NCBI GenBank assembly: GCA_039208735.1
Contig: JBCCQY010000027.1
Span: 10,915 to 74,914 of the forward strand
Reading direction: 5' to 3'
Source of the DNA: Myxococcota bacterium
Lineage (GTDB): Bacteria; Myxococcota_A; UBA796; GCA-2862545
Length of the DNA stretch: 64,000 bases
Shown: positions 60,424 through 64,000 of the stretch, piece after piece
How the letters are laid out: each line of letters starts with the position of its first letter
Position numbering within the stretch: position 1 is the first letter of the stretch
Notes under the pieces: model-generated
Seen by the model: only the letters and a program-made list of their open reading frames with translations
Databases searched by the model: none
Told to the model about the DNA's origin: nothing
Position numbers and translations under genes: made by a program

Positions 60424-62388
60424 ATGTTCAATTGGCGTTCCATGGCTGCGGTCAGCCTGGCTGGCTTGCTTGTGGCTTGCGAAGGGCCCACGGGTCCGGC
60501 CGGTCCCACGGGTGCGGACGGTGTCGATGGTGAGAACGGCGCCGAGGGTCCGGCGGGCCCTGAGGGTCCGGCCGGCCCCGAAGGCCCGGCGGCCCCCGGT
60601 CAGTCCTTCCGTCTGACCGTGCTGCACATCAATGACCATCACAGCCATCTCAATCCCAGCGACTTCGAGTTCGACACCAGCGGTCTGAACCTCGATGCGG
60701 GCTATCAAGCGGTCGACGTCGAGTATGGTGGCATGAGCTTCGTCAACAAGCTCTTCGAGCAGCGCGCGGCGACGCAGGAGAACGTGCTCAAGATTCACTC
60801 GGGCGATGCCATCACCGGGACGCTGTTCTACTCCTTGTTCGAAGGTGAGACCGACGCCGCGGTGATGAACGAGATCTGCTTCGATGCATTCGTTCTAGGC
60901 AATCACGAGTTCGACGACGGTGACGCGGGGCTGGCCTCTTTCCTCGACGACCTCAACGGCGGCTTCTGCGGCACGCCCACGCTTGGGGCCAACGTCAGCC
61001 CCGGCGCTAGCTCGCCGCTTGCCAATGGCTACATCGAGCCCTTCACCATCGTCAGCGTTGGGGGGCAGGACGTCGGCATCATCGGCATCAACATTGCCCA
61101 GAAGACCGAGGTCTCCTCGAACCCCGACCCGGGCACCACGTTTGCCGACGAGATCACCACCGCCCAGGCCAACATCGACATGCTGACCGGCATGGGCATC
61201 GACAAGATCATCGTTGCTACCCACCAGGGCTTCGCGAATGATCGGGCCATGGCGCAGGCGCTCACGAACGTGGACATCATTGTCGGGGGTGACTCGCACA
61301 CCCTGCTCGGCAGCCAGGGTCTCGCGGACCTCGGCCTGCCTGTCGGTGGTGACTACCCGACGGTCGAAACCAATGCCGACGGCGACCCCGTCTGCGTCGT
61401 CCAGGCCTGGGAATACGCGAAGCTCATGGGTGAGCTTCGCGTAACCTTCGACGCCAATGGCAAGGTCACCGATTGCCTCGGCCAGCCCTTCCTCCCCATC
61501 GACGTCAACACCATCGCGGACGAAGACTCGGGCACCCCGCTGACCGACACCGACGCTCAGATCGTTGTCAATGCGCTCATCTCGCGCCCCGAAGTGGTGG
61601 CTGGGGTCTCCGACCCAGAGACCGACGCCATCATCGCCACCTTCTCCGACGAGATCTCGATTCTCGAGCAGACTCAGATCGGCACCATGAACGAAGATCT
61701 GTGCCTCGAGCGCTTCCCCGGGCAGGGTCGCTCCTCCATCTGCGACGTCCTGGACACCTTCGTGCAGGGCTCGGACATCTCGAACCTGGTTGCACGCGGC
61801 TTCATGGAGGTCACCCCGACCGCAGACTTTGGGCTGCAGAACGGCGGTGGCGTTCGCGTTGACGTGCCGGCTGGCTCCTACACCATCGCCGACGCGTTCA
61901 CGCTCCTGCCCTTCTCGAACACGCTCGTCACCCTCGAGCTGACCGGCCAGGAAATCGTCGATGCCCTCGAAGATGGCCTTGGCAACGTTCTCGATAACGG
62001 CGGCTCGACGGGTGCCTACCCCTACGCCTCCGGAATCCGCTTCGACGTCGACGCTTCGCAGCCCTTCGGGAGCCGCTTTAGCAACGTCGAGGTCAACCCT
62101 CGCGTCGCGGGCGCCTGGGCCCCTATCGATCTCGCCGCCACCTACACGGTGGTGACCAACAGCTTCCAGGCCTCCGGTGGAGACGGCTACGCCACTCTCG
62201 CTGCCGCACTCGCCGCGGGCAACTCAGTGGACACCTTCACCGAGTACGCACAGGGCTGGATCGACTACGTGGAACAGGTCGGCACCATCAACAAGTTGCC
62301 CCTCGACGAGTACAGCACCAAGTCCTACACAAACACGTCGGGCTGTCTGCACGTCGCTGGCAACGCGAACAGCTGCAGCGGGCTCTAA
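60424..62388 (+). CDS. 5'-nucleotidase/NAD nucleotidase-like lipoprotein with collagen-like linker
   Basis: LVAC lipobox; LHINDHHSHL, HSGDAITGTLF, LGNHEFD, GGDSH, NGGGVR, LPFSNTL, GGDGY. Confidence 0.92.
   Translation: MFNWRSMAAVSLAGLLVACEGPTGPAGPTGADGVDGENGAEGPAGPEGPAGPEGPAAPGQSFRLTVLHINDHHSHLNPSDFEFDTSGLNLDAGYQAVDVEYGGMSFVNKLFEQRAATQENVLKIHSGDAITGTLFYSLFEGETDAAVMNEICFDAFVLGNHEFDDGDAGLASFLDDLNGGFCGTPTLGANVSPGASSPLANGYIEPFTIVSVGGQDVGIIGINIAQKTEVSSNPDPGTTFADEITTAQANIDMLTGMGIDKIIVATHQGFANDRAMAQALTNVDIIVGGDSHTLLGSQGLADLGLPVGGDYPTVETNADGDPVCVVQAWEYAKLMGELRVTFDANGKVTDCLGQPFLPIDVNTIADEDSGTPLTDTDAQIVVNALISRPEVVAGVSDPETDAIIATFSDEISILEQTQIGTMNEDLCLERFPGQGRSSICDVLDTFVQGSDISNLVARGFMEVTPTADFGLQNGGGVRVDVPAGSYTIADAFTLLPFSNTLVTLELTGQEIVDALEDGLGNVLDNGGSTGAYPYASGIRFDVDASQPFGSRFSNVEVNPRVAGAWAPIDLAATYTVVTNSFQASGGDGYATLAAALAAGNSVDTFTEYAQGWIDYVEQVGTINKLPLDEYSTKSYTNTSGCLHVAGNANSCSGL
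60484..60600 (+). repeat. collagen-like G-X-Y coding repeat
   Basis: GPTGPAGPTGADGVDGENGAEGPAGPEGPAGPEGPA. Confidence 0.85.
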
Positions 62389-62404
62389 GCGACGCTTCGA
62401 TGTA

Positions 62405-62448
62405 CCCTCGAGGGGCGGGTCACGGGCTTCCGGGCCCGCCCCGGAGGG
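62405..62448 (+). terminator. GC-rich hairpin after nucleotidase gene
   Basis: GGGGCGGG/CCCGCCCC and CCCTC/GAGGG stems; no U-tract. Confidence 0.45.
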
Positions 62449-62478
62449 GAGTCCATGGATGAAGCGGTAGGTGGCGCG

Positions 62479-63105
62479 ATGGCGCATCGACTGGCCGGAC
62501 TGGCGGTCGCTGGAGGACTGGTCAACTTGGTGTGCGACGTGGCTCTTGCGCCCGGGTGGGGTCCGGGCTCGGCGGCCCCAGACCCCTCATCAGCGGCCAT
62601 TCTTCTGGGTCAGGTCCCCATCTGGCGTGTCGTCGGGGCCACCGTCGTCGGTGCCATCGCGATCAGTAGCTGGACCCTTGCTACCCCGGCCCTGGCGCGG
62701 TTGGTGCGGCCCGCAGGCCCAAGCCTCACGTTTGCCGTCTCTGTCCTTCACGTGTGGTTCGTCGGCGGATGTGTCACGTTCCACGTTCTGTTCGGTAGTA
62801 CTGTGTGGGCGGCCGATGCCGACCCGTCACAGGTCGAACCGATGTGGATGGCGATGGGAGCCGTGATGGGGATGCTGTTCCTGTCGCTGCTCGGTACGCT
62901 GGGAGCGGCGGTGTTCCGATCCCCAGACGTACCCCGATGGCTCCCGTTCGCGTCGCCGGTCGTGGGGATGACCGTACTGCCTGGGCTTGCGGGCTTCATT
63001 CCCGCACCCGTCGGGCTTCCGCTAACGCTTTCCGCATCCACCGCCGGAGCGGTCGTTTGGCTGGTGGCTCTGTGGCGGACCGCCCAGCCTTCGCCAACAT
63101 CATAG
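62479..63105 (+). CDS. multi-pass membrane protein (DUF6796-like)
   Basis: About six hydrophobic segments. Confidence 0.6.
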   Translation: MAHRLAGLAVAGGLVNLVCDVALAPGWGPGSAAPDPSSAAILLGQVPIWRVVGATVVGAIAISSWTLATPALARLVRPAGPSLTFAVSVLHVWFVGGCVTFHVLFGSTVWAADADPSQVEPMWMAMGAVMGMLFLSLLGTLGAAVFRSPDVPRWLPFASPVVGMTVLPGLAGFIPAPVGLPLTLSASTAGAVVWLVALWRTAQPSPTS

Positions 63106-63114
63106 GTGACGACA

Positions 63115-64000
63115 TCACCGAGCATCGATTGGGGGCAGTGACGCGAGCGCGTCGCGGGCGTCGACCACCACCTTGCCCTCGGCTCCGAACACCGGCTCGG
63201 CCTGTGCGACAACCCACTGAAGGTCGGCGCGAGCGTCGTCGGTGCGACCCAGGCGCGCGAGGATGCGCGAGCGGACGATGCGGATCTCGGAGCCGCCGGA
63301 GATGTGGTACCACCGCGATAAGTCTCCGTCGGCCTCGAAGTGAGCCTGCACGGTGTTGATGAGGTCCAGTGCCCGTCGCACCTGCCCCTGCGCGCTCCAC
63401 GTCCGTGCGAGCAGCGCCTCGGTCAGCCAGTCGGCGCGTCCGGGGGCCCACTCCTCGCCGATGCTATCCTGCAACACGGCGGCGGCGTCATCGGGTCGAT
63501 TCAGCTCGAGCAGGCTCTCGGCAAGCAGGCGGCGGGTGCCCACGATCCGTCGATGGCCCGCCGGCAGCGCGGCGAGTTCGATGGTGAGGGCTCGACGGGC
63601 GAGCGCTTCGGCGGCGGATGCGTCGTGCTCGGCAAGGCGCACGAGGCCTTGGTAGTTCAAGAACACCGCGGTCTGGACGTGGTCAGCGCCGAGGCGCCGT
63701 TCGCTCAACGCACGCGCTTCGTCCAACACCTGCGCCGCGGCCGTAAAGTGCCCGTCGTAGTAGCGGAGTAGGCCGAGCTGGCCCATGGAGTTCACCACCG
63801 CACCGGCTGGCGCGGTCTCCTGGAGTTGCCGCTTCATCGCTACGGCGCGCTCCAACCGCCGCTCCGCGGCCGCCCGCTGGCCGCGCTCAAGCTCGATGAG
63901 GGCGCGGCTGTGGAGCAGATCGGGCACCAGAGCGGGGGCGATGGGCTCGGCCACCCGCAACGCATCCTGCAGCGCGGTCTCGGCTTCCGCGAGGCGGCCA
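63115..64000 (-). CDS. TPR-repeat protein, C-terminal part (5' end beyond window)
   Basis: Kinesin-type TPRs: LGADHVQTAVFLN, AEALARRALTIE...LPAGH. Confidence 0.8.
   Translation of the reverse strand, partial: GRLAEAETALQDALRVAEPIAPALVPDLLHSRALIELERGQRAAAERRLERAVAMKRQLQETAPAGAVVNSMGQLGLLRYYDGHFTAAAQVLDEARALSERRLGADHVQTAVFLNYQGLVRLAEHDASAAEALARRALTIELAALPAGHRRIVGTRRLLAESLLELNRPDDAAAVLQDSIGEEWAPGRADWLTEALLARTWSAQGQVRRALDLINTVQAHFEADGDLSRWYHISGGSEIRIVRSRILARLGRTDDARADLQWVVAQAEPVFGAEGKVVVDARDALASLPPIDAR

Overview
GC-rich bacterial window, most likely Myxococcota judging by its gene families (VWA and MopE-type lipoproteins, DTDA-repeat lipoprotein, TIGR02996 protein, kinase-ATPase-TPR fusion, collagen-linker lipoprotein). 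Main content, left to right: (1) a ~1760-aa DUF4157/eCIS-core polymorphic-toxin-like gene with an unassigned DxD-motif C-terminus and an adjacent candidate immunity gene, divergent from two paralogous unknowns and a MidA-like methyltransferase; (2) an accessory region at ~13.7-33.3 kb holding a two-gene IS630 element, sigma54/LuxR/kinase regulators, an FAD monooxygenase and a tightly coupled 8-gene isoprenoid-type operon (polyprenyl synthase, three unknowns, CrtC/AttH-like protein, SCP2 protein, FAD oxidoreductase with a large insertion, Cys-rich protein), ending at a 5'-truncated DJ-1/PfpI gene; (3) a cobalamin riboswitch ahead of an uncharacterised lipoprotein, convergent with a TonB-dependent receptor and beta-propeller lipoprotein; (4) pyrC, a THUMP methyltransferase, PadR-HAAS and a MocR-pdxS-pdxT-class V PLP enzyme operon; (5) many secreted proteins and lipoproteins. 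Four genes carry single-base lesions (two frameshifts in C-runs, two in-frame stops). No rRNA, tRNA or CRISPR array was seen. All family calls come from motif recognition by eye, not from searches.
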